Shown in pieces: positions 36,999-47,312 of a stretch of DNA of 64,000 bases. The stretch's first letter is position 1, and every line of letters starts with the position of its first letter. The stretch comes from Candidatus Wolfebacteria bacterium GW2011_GWA1_44_24 (lineage in GTDB: Bacteria; Patescibacteriota; Minisyncoccia; UBA6257; UBA9933). Position numbers and translations under genes: made by a program. Location of the stretch: assembly GCA_001001115.1 (NCBI GenBank), contig LCIO01000001.1:236339-300338 (forward strand), in the 5' to 3' direction. The notes beneath the pieces are model-generated. The model was not told the DNA's origin. It made no database searches and saw only the letters and a program-made list of their open reading frames with translations.

Positions 36999-39448
36999 AA
37001 AACAACTATTCCCGCCACCTTGTCTCCTTCTTTTAATCTCATTATTTTGACTCCGGAAGTGGCGCGGCCGCTGATTCTGACGCTGGAAATTTTTGTTCTG
37101 ATAATTTGGCCCTTAGCGGAAAGCGCCAATAATTCTTCTTCATCGCCGATAATCCGGGCGCTAACGACTTTTCCGGTTTTGCTTGTGACTTTGGCGGTTT
37201 TAATTCCCGAACCGCCGCGGCTTTGAACTTTATATTCTTTAAGCGCTGTTTGTTTGGCAAATCCGTTTTCCATCACCACTAATAGCCGCTGGTCGCTGGT
37301 TGCTGGTTGCTGGTCTTTTTTAATTATATCAATTCCAGCCACAAAATCACCGCCTTTCAACCTAATGGCCTTGACGCCGGCCGCTGTCCGGCCCGTTGGC
37401 CGCAATTGGCTTTCTTTGAATCTGATTGCCTGACCAAAAACGGTGGTTAAAATAATTTCGTCTTTCCCGGAAGAAAGCTTTGCCCACTTCAATTCGTCTC
37501 CCTTGGAAAGATTAATGGCAATGATGCCGCTTCGCCTGACATTGGAAAAATCTTCCAAAGATGTTTTTTTGATTATTCCGTTTTTCGTCGTCATTACCAA
37601 ATAGTTATCGGTTATTGATTGTTTGTTCTCGATTGAAGCGTAAGAAACTATGGCGCTGATGTTTTCCCCAGCCGGAATTTCCAAAAAATTCTGAATCAAT
37701 TTTCCTTTGGCCGTCCGGGAACCAACCGGGATTTCATAAACTTTGGTCTGAAACGCTTTCCCTTTGTCGGTGAAAAATAAAATATTGTCGTGGGTATCGG
37801 CGGAAATAAAATGGCTCAATAAATCTTCTTCCGCCACTTCTCCGCCAATCAACCCCTTGCCGCCGCGGCGCTGAGCCTTAAAAGTCGTCGGGGGAATTCT
37901 TTTAATATAGCCCGCGGCCGAGAGAGAAATAACCGCTTCTTCCTGCGGAATCAAATCTTCTTCTTTGAATTCTTTGAGTCCGGCAACGACAACTTTGGTC
38001 CGACGTTCATCGCCGTATTTTTTTTTCAGTTCCAAAAGTTCGTCTTTGATGACTTTTAATATCTTTTGCGGGCTTTTAAGAAGCGTCTCAAGGCCGGCAA
38101 TGAGTTTTCTTTTTTCTTTAAGTTCGTCTTCGATTTTTTGCCGTTCCAAAGCCGCCAAAGTCCTTAATTTCATTTCTAAAATCGCGGCGGCCTGGATATC
38201 GGTGAGTTTGAAATTTTTCACCAATTTTTGGTGGGCTTCTTCGCTGTCTTTTGATTTTTTGATGGTTTCGATAATTTTGTCGATTACCGAAAGCGCTTTA
38301 CTCAATCCTTCCAGAATATGAGCTCTTTCCTTGGCTTTTTTAAGGTCAAATTCCGCCCGCCTTTTCACCACTTCTCGGCGATGTTCGACATAAGCCAAAA
38401 GGATATCTTTAAGCGAAAAAAGCTGGGGCTGAATGCCCGCCGAAAGCGCTATCATGTTAAAATGAAAATCTTTTTGAAGGTCGGTATATTTATATAATTG
38501 ATTGAGGATTTTTTGCGCCAAAGCGTCGTTTTTGAGTTCAATAACGATTCGCAGGCCTTCGCGGTCGCTCTCGTCGCGGATATCGCGGATTCCTTCAATT
38601 CTTTTCTCTTGCGCCAGTCCGGCGATTTTTATAATCAGCTCGGATTTGTTCACCTGGTAGGGGATTTCCGTTATGACAATATCAAGCTGATTTTTGGCTC
38701 GCTCGACAATTTCCGCCTTGGCCCGAACAGTAACGGGGCCGCGGCCGGAAGCATAAACTTCGCCAATCGATTTTTTATCGTAGATAATTCCTCCGGTGGG
38801 AAAATCCGGACCCTGGACAAATCGCAATAAATCTTCAACAGCCGCTTTGGGGTTTTCAATCAGATGGATGACGGCGTCAACGATTTCATTCAGATTATGA
38901 GGCGGAATATTGGTGGCCATTCCCACGGCAATTCCCGAAACGCCGTTTAACAAAAGATTAGGAAGTCTTCCCGGCAAAACTTTCGGCTCGTTGCGGCTAA
39001 CGTCGTAATTGGGTTGCCAATCAACGGTTTCTTTCTCAATATCAAACAAGAGTTCTTCGCTAATTTTTGACAACCGCGCTTCGGTATATCTCATTGCCGC
39101 GGCCGCGTCGCCGTCAACGCTGCCAAAATTGCCCTGGCCGTCGATTAAAGGATAACGCAAGGAAAAATCCTGGGCCATTCTGACCAAGGCGTCGTAAATC
39201 GACATATCGCCGTGCGGATGATATCGGGCCATTGTCTGGCCGATAACATTGGCCGATTTTCTGAATTTGACATTTGCGGTCAAACCGTCATCCCACATTG
39301 CCCAGAGAATCCGCCTTTGAACCGGCTTCAATCCGTCCCGAACGTCGGGCAAGGCGCGGGAAACAATTACCGACATCGCATAATCAAGATACGACTCGCG
39401 AAGTTCATCGGTGATTTCCCGTTTTTCAATTTTTTCTGTTTTATCCAT
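36995..39448 (-). CDS. gyrA: DNA gyrase subunit A
   Basis: …[29 protein letters not shown]…, active-site Tyr region (AAAMRYTE), C-terminal β-pinwheel repeats. 817 aa. Confidence 0.93.
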   Translation of the reverse strand: MDKTEKIEKREITDELRESYLDYAMSVIVSRALPDVRDGLKPVQRRILWAMWDDGLTANVKFRKSANVIGQTMARYHPHGDMSIYDALVRMAQDFSLRYPLIDGQGNFGSVDGDAAAAMRYTEARLSKISEELLFDIEKETVDWQPNYDVSRNEPKVLPGRLPNLLLNGVSGIAVGMATNIPPHNLNEIVDAVIHLIENPKAAVEDLLRFVQGPDFPTGGIIYDKKSIGEVYASGRGPVTVRAKAEIVERAKNQLDIVITEIPYQVNKSELIIKIAGLAQEKRIEGIRDIRDESDREGLRIVIELKNDALAQKILNQLYKYTDLQKDFHFNMIALSAGIQPQLFSLKDILLAYVEHRREVVKRRAEFDLKKAKERAHILEGLSKALSVIDKIIETIKKSKDSEEAHQKLVKNFKLTDIQAAAILEMKLRTLAALERQKIEDELKEKRKLIAGLETLLKSPQKILKVIKDELLELKKKYGDERRTKVVVAGLKEFKEEDLIPQEEAVISLSAAGYIKRIPPTTFKAQRRGGKGLIGGEVAEEDLLSHFISADTHDNILFFTDKGKAFQTKVYEIPVGSRTAKGKLIQNFLEIPAGENISAIVSYASIENKQSITDNYLVMTTKNGIIKKTSLEDFSNVRRSGIIAINLSKGDELKWAKLSSGKDEIILTTVFGQAIRFKESQLRPTGRTAAGVKAIRLKGGDFVAGIDIIKKDQQPATSDQRLLVVMENGFAKQTALKEYKVQSRGGSGIKTAKVTSKTGKVVSARIIGDEEELLALSAKGQIIRTKISSVRISGRATSGVKIMRLKEGDKVAGIVVL

Positions 39449-39468
39449 AAAAAATCGCTTAGAAAGTC

Positions 39469-39747
39469 TTATTCTATAGTAATTGTTCTTTCTCCCATTG
39501 CGCCGTAAAGCAAATTTCCGAATTTTTCTTTAACCTGAATCGCAATTGCCTTGAGGCCAGTCTTAAAAATACGCCAAAAACCGATTTCCGCCTTATCCGA
39601 ATGATTGCCGACCGCTTCAATTGAATATCTCAAATAAATCAGCCAAAAACCGATGACAATAACCGCTGAAACAGCGCTCATTATAAACAGCCAGCGTTTT
39701 TTAACGCTCTCGTCGGCGGCCTGAATTTTTTTAAAAAAATTTTTCAA
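39469..39747 (-). CDS. Small hypothetical membrane protein
   Basis: 92 aa with one TM ([22 protein letters not shown]). Weak support. Confidence 0.35.
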   Translation of the reverse strand: MKNFFKKIQAADESVKKRWLFIMSAVSAVIVIGFWLIYLRYSIEAVGNHSDKAEIGFWRIFKTGLKAIAIQVKEKFGNLLYGAMGERTITIE

Positions 39748-40367
39748 GGTTTTAGGGTAACAATCTTTGTTTTTTTAATTTCCGCCAAATCTTTCTTTTT
39801 AATCGTTAATTTCTCCTGCGGCTCGATTTTTTGATGATTAATTTCCTCCAAAAAAATTTTCAAATCATCAGCCGGCCTTTTCAAACCGGAAATTTTATAA
39901 AAAGAAGGAATTACGATTTTCGGCTCAATCTGTTTAATCAATTTAACGGCCGACTTTTGTTCCAAAAAAGGCTTGCCGCCGGCCGGAATGAATAAAATGT
40001 CTATTTCTTCAAAATGCTCGTCGATTTCCAATTCAGGTATTTGGCTTATATGCCCCAAAAAGGCCAAGCGCAAAGATTCAACTTCGAGCAAAAAAACCGT
40101 TTTGAAAAATTTTTCCGAAGATTCTTTCAATAAATTGAAGCCGGCGATATTTATTCCTTTGATATTATATTCGCCGGGGCCGATAATCTGGCCGACTGAT
40201 TCGTCGTCCGGCTGGTTAATCGGCAAAGGCGTCAAGGTTTTGAGCAAAACATCAAACTTAAAACGCGGCGTTGCCAATCCGCTCGAAGCATGGGGCGGGT
40301 CGGTCAATACAGTCGTTTCGCCGCTCATCACCTTAAAACAACCTTCGCCGTAAAAAGAAATTGTCAT
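39744..40367 (-). CDS. Metallo-β-lactamase-fold hydrolase (UPF0173-like)
   Basis: 207 aa. …ISFYGEGCFKV…VLTDP… and …FLGHISQ… fit the MBL fold pattern; assignment tentative. Confidence 0.5.
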   Translation of the reverse strand: MTISFYGEGCFKVMSGETTVLTDPPHASSGLATPRFKFDVLLKTLTPLPINQPDDESVGQIIGPGEYNIKGINIAGFNLLKESSEKFFKTVFLLEVESLRLAFLGHISQIPELEIDEHFEEIDILFIPAGGKPFLEQKSAVKLIKQIEPKIVIPSFYKISGLKRPADDLKIFLEEINHQKIEPQEKLTIKKKDLAEIKKTKIVTLKP

Positions 40368-40443
40368 GAATATTTTATAGTTTATATTGTATCAAAAAAG
40401 GTATTGATTTTCAACCGGCTTTGTTATAACATTCCTTACTGTT

Positions 40444-41535
40444 ATGAATTCAAAAGCAATCAACCCCGCTCTTCTGCCTCAAATCATCAAAACCGAGCCG
40501 GACTTAATTTCCTTCCTTAAAGAAGGGGATTTGGTGGAAACCAGAATTTTAACTAAAGCGCCAAAGGCGGTTTATTTTGATTTGAATAAATTCGGCACCG
40601 GCATTGTTTACGGCAACGAACTCATGAATTCCAGGGATATTCTGAAAAACTTGGCCGAAGGCGAAACAATAAGCGCCAAAGTGATTTCCTCCGACAACGA
40701 AGAAGGATTTATCGAGCTTTCATTAGCCGGCGCCTACAAGCAAAAAGAATGGCAAGTTTTGAAAGAAACGATGGAAAATGACGAAATTCTAAGTGTTAAA
40801 ATAAGCGGCGCCAATACCGGCGGCTTAACGACTGAGATCAGCGGCATCAAAGCTTTTTTGCCCGTTTCCCAACTAAGCAATAAAAATTATCCAAGAGTCG
40901 AATCAAACAATCGGCAAGACATCGTAAAAGAACTGGGAAAAATGGTCGGCCAGGAATTAAAGGTTAAAATCATCGACCTTAATTCCCGCACCAATAAATT
41001 GATTCTTTCCGAAAAAGAAGCGGCTGAAGAAGACACAAAAAAGCTTCTGGCCAATTACAAAGTTGGCGATATGGTTGACGCGATTGTTTCCGGGGTGACA
41101 AATTTCGGCGTTTTTGTCCGTTTCATCGACCAGCCGGCAATCGAAGGAATGATTCATATTTCGGAACTGGACTGGAGAATAATCGACCATCCCAAAGAAG
41201 TCGTAAAAATTGACGAAACCATCAAGGCAAAAATTGTTGAAATCAAAGACAGCCAGGTTTTTCTCTCTCTTAAATCTTTAAAATCCGATCCTTGGCAAGG
41301 TATCGAAGAAAAATTAAAAAAAGGGGAGGAGATAAGCGGCGTTGTTTATAAATGCAATCCTATAGGCGCTTTGATAAATTTGAACAACGGTCTTCAGGGA
41401 TTGATTCATGTTTCCGAATTCGGCTCAACCGAAGAAATGAAAAAACAACTGGAAATCAACAAAGAATATCAGTTCGTCATTGACGCGGTCAAGCCGGAAG
41501 AAAAAAGAATTATCTTAAAAATCGCTAAAAAATAG
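40444..41535 (+). CDS. rpsA: S1 RNA-binding domain protein (ribosomal protein S1-like, four S1 repeats)
   Basis: Promoter TTGATT-15-TATAAC upstream. Four ~70-aa S1 repeats (…GDLVETRILTK…, …ILSVKISGANTGGL…, …GDMVDAIVSGVTNFGVFVRF…, …EISGVVYKCNPIGALINL…). Confidence 0.75.
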   Translation: MNSKAINPALLPQIIKTEPDLISFLKEGDLVETRILTKAPKAVYFDLNKFGTGIVYGNELMNSRDILKNLAEGETISAKVISSDNEEGFIELSLAGAYKQKEWQVLKETMENDEILSVKISGANTGGLTTEISGIKAFLPVSQLSNKNYPRVESNNRQDIVKELGKMVGQELKVKIIDLNSRTNKLILSEKEAAEEDTKKLLANYKVGDMVDAIVSGVTNFGVFVRFIDQPAIEGMIHISELDWRIIDHPKEVVKIDETIKAKIVEIKDSQVFLSLKSLKSDPWQGIEEKLKKGEEISGVVYKCNPIGALINLNNGLQGLIHVSEFGSTEEMKKQLEINKEYQFVIDAVKPEEKRIILKIAKK

Positions 41536-41749
41536 TTATCCCCAATGGGTATTGATTTTTTTACAATAAAATGTTAAGCTTTTAAAAGTATTGAGGAGCG
41601 GGAAAAGTGTAATCTTTATATTTTTCCAGCTCTTTAATAGTTAGTTTTGTTTGTAGGAATAAAAAGAAGGGAGGAAAAAGAACCAAGAAGGAATGGGGGT
41701 GTGTTGGAATAAAAACCTGAAGCAAAGAAAGGAAGGAGGAGAAAAAGAT

Positions 41750-42181
41750 ATGGAAAACGCGGACAGACACGGACGGGGGAGGAAATGCATTATATGTCTC
41801 AAGCCCTTCAAAAAGGGGGAAGATTCCATTTCGGGAGCGCATTCGGACCGCTGCTACACGGAATTAGGGATAGTTTTGGAGATAAAAACGATCTCCAACC
41901 AGATTATTAACCTCCTCAGCGAGAAAGGCGTGATAATCAACGCCGCCATCAAAACAAACATCATGGAAGCGGTACGCTTCGATGGGGTAAAGAAAGCGGC
42001 AAAGGCCCTCATCTCATTCCTGAAAAAAAACTTCGGGAAAATAAAAGCGTTGCCGTTCGCCGAGTACGTTCGCTTCGTCGTCAAAGAAACGGAAGAGCTG
42101 GCGGACATCCTCGGCCTTCGTCGCTCGCCCTTCGCTGTCTTTATCGCCACTTCAAACAAAGAAATGCGCGCCAGTCCGTGA
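41750..42181 (+). CDS. Hypothetical protein with N-terminal CxxC, preceded by a long purine-rich leader
   Basis: SD AAGGAGGAG then ATG at 41750. CIICLKPF…SDRCY. No family recognised. Confidence 0.4.
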   Translation: MENADRHGRGRKCIICLKPFKKGEDSISGAHSDRCYTELGIVLEIKTISNQIINLLSEKGVIINAAIKTNIMEAVRFDGVKKAAKALISFLKKNFGKIKALPFAEYVRFVVKETEELADILGLRRSPFAVFIATSNKEMRASP

Positions 42182-42236
42182 AGTCCGCGGGCGCGCTGAT
42201 AAAAGAGGACGCCTCCCCTCTTTTATCTCTTCAAGA

Positions 42237-42268
42237 GCCGCAAGGTCTTTCTGACTTGCGGCTTTTTT
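42237..42268 (+). terminator. Rho-independent terminator
   Basis: GCCGCAAG-gtctttctga-CTTGCGGC followed by TTTTTT. Confidence 0.7.
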
Positions 42269-42270
42269 AT

Positions 42271-42304
42271 TTCAAAATTGACAGTAAATTTGTTATAATA
42301 TAAT
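42271..42304 (+). promoter_or_regulatory. ftsH promoter (TTCAAA -35, extended -10 TGTTATAAT); short or no leader
   Basis: …TTCAAAattgacagtaaattTGTTATAATataatctctggaATG. The ATG at 42312 lies <15 nt from the predicted TSS and has no SD. Confidence 0.45.
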
Positions 42305-42311
42305 CTCTGGA

Positions 42312-44150
42312 ATGATGAATAATTTATCAAAAAATATTTTGTGGGCGGTGATGACTCTTCTAATAATCGCTTTTGTTTTTTCTTTGCTCTATTCGGGACA
42401 AAAAACGCCGGCGGTTCTAACTTTGGACCAATTGGCGACAAAAATCAATTCCGGTGAAGTTTCAAAAATTGTTGTCAGCGGCAATGATTTAAAGATTGAA
42501 TTAAAAACCGCTGAAAAAGCGGTTTCTAAAAAAGAAGCTGAAACCAGTTTGACCGAAACTCTTAAAAATTACGGCGTTGAGCCGCTGGCGCTTCAAAAAG
42601 TCGGCTTTGAAATTCAGGAAGAATCGGGATTGCGATTTTGGCTTTCAATTCTAATCCCGTCGCTTCTGCCCCTGATTATTATCGGCGTTTTCTTCTGGCT
42701 GATGTTCCGCCAGGCAAAAACCGGAATGAGCCAGGCCTTCACTTTCGGCAAAGCCAATATCAAGCTTTTTTCTCAATTTAAAGACCGGATCACCTTCGAA
42801 GACGTGGCTGGACTCAAAGAAGCCAAACAAGAATTGATGGAAGTGGTTGATTTTCTGAAAAATCCCAAAAAATATCTGGAAATCGGCGCCAAAATTCCGC
42901 GAGGCGTTTTATTGTACGGCGCGCCGGGTACCGGGAAAACGCTTTTGGCGCGCGCCGTTGCCGGCGAAGCCAATGTTCCGTTTTTCCATATCTCCGGTTC
43001 GGAATTTGTGGAAATGTTTGTCGGTGTGGGAGCTTCGCGCGTCCGCGATCTTTTTGACACCGCCAAAAAAGCCGGCCGGTCAATAATCTTTATCGATGAA
43101 ATTGACGCGGTGGGACGGGAACGCGGCGCCGGACTCGGCGGCGGGCATGACGAAAGGGAACAAACCTTAAATCAAATTTTGGTGGAGATGGACGGCTTTG
43201 AAAAAAACGACGCCCGGATAGTTATCGCGGCCACCAATCGTCCGGATGTTTTGGACCCGGCGTTGCTTCGGCCGGGCCGGTTTGACCGCCGGGTAATTCT
43301 TGATTTGCCGGATATCAACGACCGCGAAGAAATTTTAAAAATCCATTCTCTCGGTAAAATGCTGGTAAAAGATATCAGTTTGCGGAGAGTGGCGGAACGC
43401 ACGCCGGGATTTTCCGGAGCTGATTTGGCGAATTTAATGAATGAAGCGGCTATTTCAGCGGCTCGTCAAAATAAACTCTCCATCAGCCAGCAGGATATTT
43501 TTGATTCCGTCGAGAAAGTTCTGCTCGGACCCGAACGCCGCTCCAGAATTCTATCCAAAAAAGAAAAAGAAATTACCGCTTATCACGAAGCCGGACACGC
43601 TTTGGTGGCGGCGGGCTTAAAAAATGCCGACCCGGTTCATAAAGTATCAATCGTCGCCCGAGGCCGAGCCGGCGGCTACACCATGAAGTTGCCGATTGAG
43701 GAAACTTATTTGCGCACCAAATCCCAGTTTATGGCGGATCTCGCCACTATGCTTGGCGGGTATGTTTCCGAAAAAATCGTTTTCAGCGATATTTCCACCG
43801 GCGCTTCTAATGATTTGCAATCCGCTTCTTCTTTAGCGAGAAAACTGGTGACTAAATTCGGGATGAGCGAAAAATTGGGACCGATAACTTTCGGCAAAAC
43901 CGACGAATTGGTTTTTTTAGGCCGGGAAATCGCCATGGAAAAAAATTATTCCGAAAAAGTGGCGGCGGAAATAGATAAAGAAATAAAAGAAATCATTGAA
44001 AAGGCTCGTCAAGCGGCAAAAAGAATTATTGTTTCCAAGCGGAAATCCCTGGAAAAACTCGCTAAAACTTTGATGGAGAAAGAAACGCTTGAACGGGAAG
44101 AGTTTGAAAGCTTGATAAAAAGTTTTAAATTAAGAACAATAACTGTATAG
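42312..44150 (+). CDS. ftsH: ATP-dependent zinc metalloprotease FtsH
   Basis: Two N-terminal TM helices. AAA Walker [22 protein letters not shown], zinc motif HEAGHALV. 612 aa. Confidence 0.95.
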   Translation: MMNNLSKNILWAVMTLLIIAFVFSLLYSGQKTPAVLTLDQLATKINSGEVSKIVVSGNDLKIELKTAEKAVSKKEAETSLTETLKNYGVEPLALQKVGFEIQEESGLRFWLSILIPSLLPLIIIGVFFWLMFRQAKTGMSQAFTFGKANIKLFSQFKDRITFEDVAGLKEAKQELMEVVDFLKNPKKYLEIGAKIPRGVLLYGAPGTGKTLLARAVAGEANVPFFHISGSEFVEMFVGVGASRVRDLFDTAKKAGRSIIFIDEIDAVGRERGAGLGGGHDEREQTLNQILVEMDGFEKNDARIVIAATNRPDVLDPALLRPGRFDRRVILDLPDINDREEILKIHSLGKMLVKDISLRRVAERTPGFSGADLANLMNEAAISAARQNKLSISQQDIFDSVEKVLLGPERRSRILSKKEKEITAYHEAGHALVAAGLKNADPVHKVSIVARGRAGGYTMKLPIEETYLRTKSQFMADLATMLGGYVSEKIVFSDISTGASNDLQSASSLARKLVTKFGMSEKLGPITFGKTDELVFLGREIAMEKNYSEKVAAEIDKEIKEIIEKARQAAKRIIVSKRKSLEKLAKTLMEKETLEREEFESLIKSFKLRTITV

Positions 44151-44165
44151 ATAAAACCGTTAAAC

Positions 44166-44239
44166 GCGCCTGTAGCTCAGTTGGTCAGAGCGCCGAGCTT
44201 ATACCTCGGTGGTCCTTGGTTCGAATCCAAGCAGGCGCA
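44166..44239 (+). tRNA. tRNA-Ile (anticodon TAT; decodes AUA)
   Basis: GCGCCTG-TA-GCTCAGTTGGTCAGAGC-G-CCGAG-CTTATAC-CTCGG-TGGTC-CTTGG-TTCGAAT-CCAAG-CAGGCGC-A. Confidence 0.8.
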
Positions 44240-44243
44240 CCGC

Positions 44244-45494
44244 ATGAAATTCATCGCCGACCTTCACATCCACTCCAAATATTCCCGCGCCACTTCTCCA
44301 AACATGGTTTTGGAAGAACTGGACCGCTGGGCTGACGACAAAGGCATTTTGGTTATGGGAACCGGAGATTTCACCCATCCGAAATGGTTTAAGGAGATTA
44401 AAGAAAAATTAGAACCGGCCGAACCCGGGCTTTTTAAGTTGAAGCCACAATACAAGAAAAAAACCTTCAAAGAAACTCTGGCTGAAACGCGATTTTTGTT
44501 AAGCGTGGAAATTTCCGGTATTTACAAAAAAAATGGAAAAGTTCGCAGAATCCATAATTTAATTTTTAGCCCGAATATTAAAATAGCGGAAGAAATAAAC
44601 AGTCAGTTGGGTAAAATCGGCAATTTAAAATCCGACGGCCGGCCGATTCTGGGACTTGATTCCGAAAGGTTGGCTGAAATCATTTTTAACATCAACTCCG
44701 AAGCGGCAATTATCCCGGCTCACGCCTGGACGCCGTGGTTCAGTATTTTCGGCTCAATGTCCGGTTTTGATTCCATTGAAGAATGTTTTGGCAAATACGC
44801 TGATAAAATTTTTGCCATTGAAACCGGCTTGAGCAGCGACCCGGCAATGAACTGGCAGCTTTCAAAACTGGACAATATTGCTCTGATTTCCAATTCCGAT
44901 TCTCACAGCTTGGAAAAAATCGGCCGCGAAGCCAACATATTCGACACAAAATTGTCTTATAAGGGAATAATAGATGCGATAAAAAGCGGCGCGCCAAAAT
45001 TTGTCGCCACCATCGAATTTTTCCCGGAAGAAGGCAAATATCATTATGACGGCCACAGAAACTGCGATGTCATTTTCCATCCCGACGAAACAGCCAAACA
45101 CAACGGCATTTGTCCGGTCTGTAAAAAACCGCTGGTCATCGGCGTAATGAATCGCGTCGCCAAACTAGCGGACAAAAAAAACCTAAAAATAGAAATTGAA
45201 AATAATATCCGTAAATATGATGATTTTACGCCTTACTATAACTTGGTGGCGTTGAGAACCATTATCGCCGAAGCTTTTGCTGTTGGTCCGACTTCCAAAA
45301 AAGTAAAAGCCGAATACGAAAAATTGGTAAAAATATTCGGCAATGAACTTAAAATCCTTATGGAAACTGATTATGACGATTTAAAATCCGCCGCCGGCGT
45401 CAAAATCGCCGAAGGAGTAAAAAGAGTCAAGGAGGGCAAATTAAAAATCCGTCCCGGCTATGACGGCGAATACGGAGAAGTCAAAATTTTTTAA
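44244..45494 (+). CDS. PHP-domain nuclease, endonuclease Q (EndoQ)-like, with C-terminal zinc ribbon
   Basis: Start trimmed to MKFIADLHIHSKYS (the ORF-track start lies inside the tRNA). Motifs shared with archaeal EndoQ: DLHIHS.YS, GTGD, IHNLIFSP, AHAWTPW, SNSDSHS, GKYHYDGHRNC, CPVCKK, and C-terminal …IRPGYDGEYGEVKIF. Confidence 0.7.
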   Translation: MKFIADLHIHSKYSRATSPNMVLEELDRWADDKGILVMGTGDFTHPKWFKEIKEKLEPAEPGLFKLKPQYKKKTFKETLAETRFLLSVEISGIYKKNGKVRRIHNLIFSPNIKIAEEINSQLGKIGNLKSDGRPILGLDSERLAEIIFNINSEAAIIPAHAWTPWFSIFGSMSGFDSIEECFGKYADKIFAIETGLSSDPAMNWQLSKLDNIALISNSDSHSLEKIGREANIFDTKLSYKGIIDAIKSGAPKFVATIEFFPEEGKYHYDGHRNCDVIFHPDETAKHNGICPVCKKPLVIGVMNRVAKLADKKNLKIEIENNIRKYDDFTPYYNLVALRTIIAEAFAVGPTSKKVKAEYEKLVKIFGNELKILMETDYDDLKSAAGVKIAEGVKRVKEGKLKIRPGYDGEYGEVKIF

Positions 45495-47203
45495 ATTTCA
45501 ATCACCACCGGCAAAATCATCGGACGGCGATTTGTTTTATTGTACAAAAACTGCCCGATTTGGTCTCTTATCATCGCCTTAATATAATCAGCGTCAATCT
45601 GCTGGGAAGGAACGCGAGTTACCATTGATTTGATTCTTTTTCTGATTTCTTCAACAAGCTCCTTATTCTCTTTCAAATAAATAAATCCGCGGGAAATAAT
45701 ATCGGGATTTTTCAAAAACCTGCTGGTATGGCGGTCTAATGTCGTGATTATCACAACCATTCCCTCCTGCGCCAACACTCGGCGATCCCTTAAAACAACC
45801 TCTCCCACATCGCCCACTCCCAACCCGTCAACCATAACGTAATATGACGGCACCATTTCTTCGGAAATCCGCGCCGCATCTTTTGATAATAATAATACTT
45901 GACCGTTGTCAACAATCGGCGTTTCTTCCGGCCTTAATTTCAGCGCCTCTTGTGCCAATTGAGCATTGCGCCAACGCATAAAATAATATCCGTGAACCGG
46001 AGTATAAAATTTCGGCTTCACCATTTTCATCACAATTTTAAGATCTTCCTGAGGCGCGTGCCCGCTGGAATGGATATCAACCATCCTTGAGTGATAAATT
46101 ATTCCGCCTTGCCTGGCGATGTCATCTAAAAGAATTTGGACGCTTCTTTCGTTCCCGGGAATAACCGACGAAGATAAAAGCACGATGTCTCCTTTCTTAA
46201 TCTGCACTTGCTTGTGGTCGCCGTTAATAATGCGCATTAAACTAGCATTGGATTCTCCCTGAGCGCCGGTGCATAAAAGCACAATTTTATCATCTTTATA
46301 TTTATTAATTTCGTTGAGCGGAATAATGGTTTCTTTTTTAATTTTCATAAAACCGAGATTCTGGGCGATTTGAATGTTATTTTTCATTGAAAATCCGCTG
46401 ACGAAAATCTTCCTGTTATATTTTTCGGCGATTTTAATTATTTCCGAAAGCCTGTCTAAAAGCGAAGCGAATGTGGCAACAATAATTCTTCCGTCGGCTT
46501 TTTTGAATATCTTTTCTATTTCCGCTTCCACAATGCGTTCAGAAAGAGAATGTCCCTCTTTGTCGGCTCCGGTTGACTCAAGCAAAAGAGTGTGGATTTT
46601 TTGCTTTCCGATTTTTTCCCAAGTATCCAGATTTTGAGGGTTTCCTTCAACATCATAATCAACCCTAAAATCTCCGGGATGGACCATTTTCCCGACGGGC
46701 GTGTCTAAAATTACGCCGATGCTGTCGGGGATTGTATGAGCGGTGCTAAAAAATTCTACCCTGAAATTCTCCGATATTTGCTTGATTTCGCCGTCTTTCA
46801 CTATTTCAAATTCAAGTTTTGGCGCGTTTGGAAAATCTTCCTGGCGGCGATTTATCATTGCCCTATTAAGCGCTGTCGTATATATCAGAGGATTGCCGAT
46901 TTTATTCATTATATAAGGAATAGCGCCGATGTGGTCCAAATGGCCGTGCGTGACAATCAGCCCTTTGATATTTTTTTTCTTGGCCTCCAGATAAGAAATA
47001 TTGGGAATGATAAAATCTATCCCGGGAGTCGTTTCTTCAGGAAATTGAAGGCCGGCGTCAATAACGACAATTTCATTTCCGTATTCGAAAAACATCATAT
47101 TGCGCCCGACTTCTTCAAGCCCGCCTAAAGCGACAAATCTAACAACCCCTTCCTTTGGATGAGTTTTTATAAATTCTTTTTTAATTGTTCGTTTAATGGG
47201 CAT
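45491..47203 (-). CDS. rnj: Ribonuclease J (β-CASP metallo-β-lactamase RNase)
   Basis: Start trimmed to MPIKRT (the ORF-track extension overlaps tRNA-Leu). …VVRFVALGGLEEVGRNMMFFEYGNEIVVIDAG…, HxHxDH (THGHLDHIG), β-CASP region. Confidence 0.85.
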   Translation of the reverse strand: MPIKRTIKKEFIKTHPKEGVVRFVALGGLEEVGRNMMFFEYGNEIVVIDAGLQFPEETTPGIDFIIPNISYLEAKKKNIKGLIVTHGHLDHIGAIPYIMNKIGNPLIYTTALNRAMINRRQEDFPNAPKLEFEIVKDGEIKQISENFRVEFFSTAHTIPDSIGVILDTPVGKMVHPGDFRVDYDVEGNPQNLDTWEKIGKQKIHTLLLESTGADKEGHSLSERIVEAEIEKIFKKADGRIIVATFASLLDRLSEIIKIAEKYNRKIFVSGFSMKNNIQIAQNLGFMKIKKETIIPLNEINKYKDDKIVLLCTGAQGESNASLMRIINGDHKQVQIKKGDIVLLSSSVIPGNERSVQILLDDIARQGGIIYHSRMVDIHSSGHAPQEDLKIVMKMVKPKFYTPVHGYYFMRWRNAQLAQEALKLRPEETPIVDNGQVLLLSKDAARISEEMVPSYYVMVDGLGVGDVGEVVLRDRRVLAQEGMVVIITTLDRHTSRFLKNPDIISRGFIYLKENKELVEEIRKRIKSMVTRVPSQQIDADYIKAMIRDQIGQFLYNKTNRRPMILPVVIEI

Positions 47204-47217
47204 TTTTTTATTTTTTG

Positions 47218-47300
47218 TGGGCGCGGAGGGATTTGAACCCTCAAGGACAAAGTCCATACGCTCCTGAAGCGTACGCGTATGCCAATTCCGCCACGCGCCC
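47218..47300 (-). tRNA. tRNA-Leu (anticodon CAG)
   Basis: GGGCGCG-TG-GCGGAATTGGCAT…-TACGC-TTCAGGA-GCGTA-long variable arm-GAGGG-TTCAAAT-CCCTC-CGCGCCC-A. Confidence 0.8.
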
Positions 47301-47312
47301 GCAAAATCTGCT

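Noticed and set aside
44181-44243. ORF-track start of the PHP/EndoQ gene at 44181 and the 90-aa N-terminal extension of RNase J (to 47473)
   Set aside because: Both extensions run through tRNA genes (tRNA-Ile, tRNA-Leu). Internal Met codons give N-termini that match family consensus (MKFIADLHIHS; MPIKRT…VVRFVALGG).
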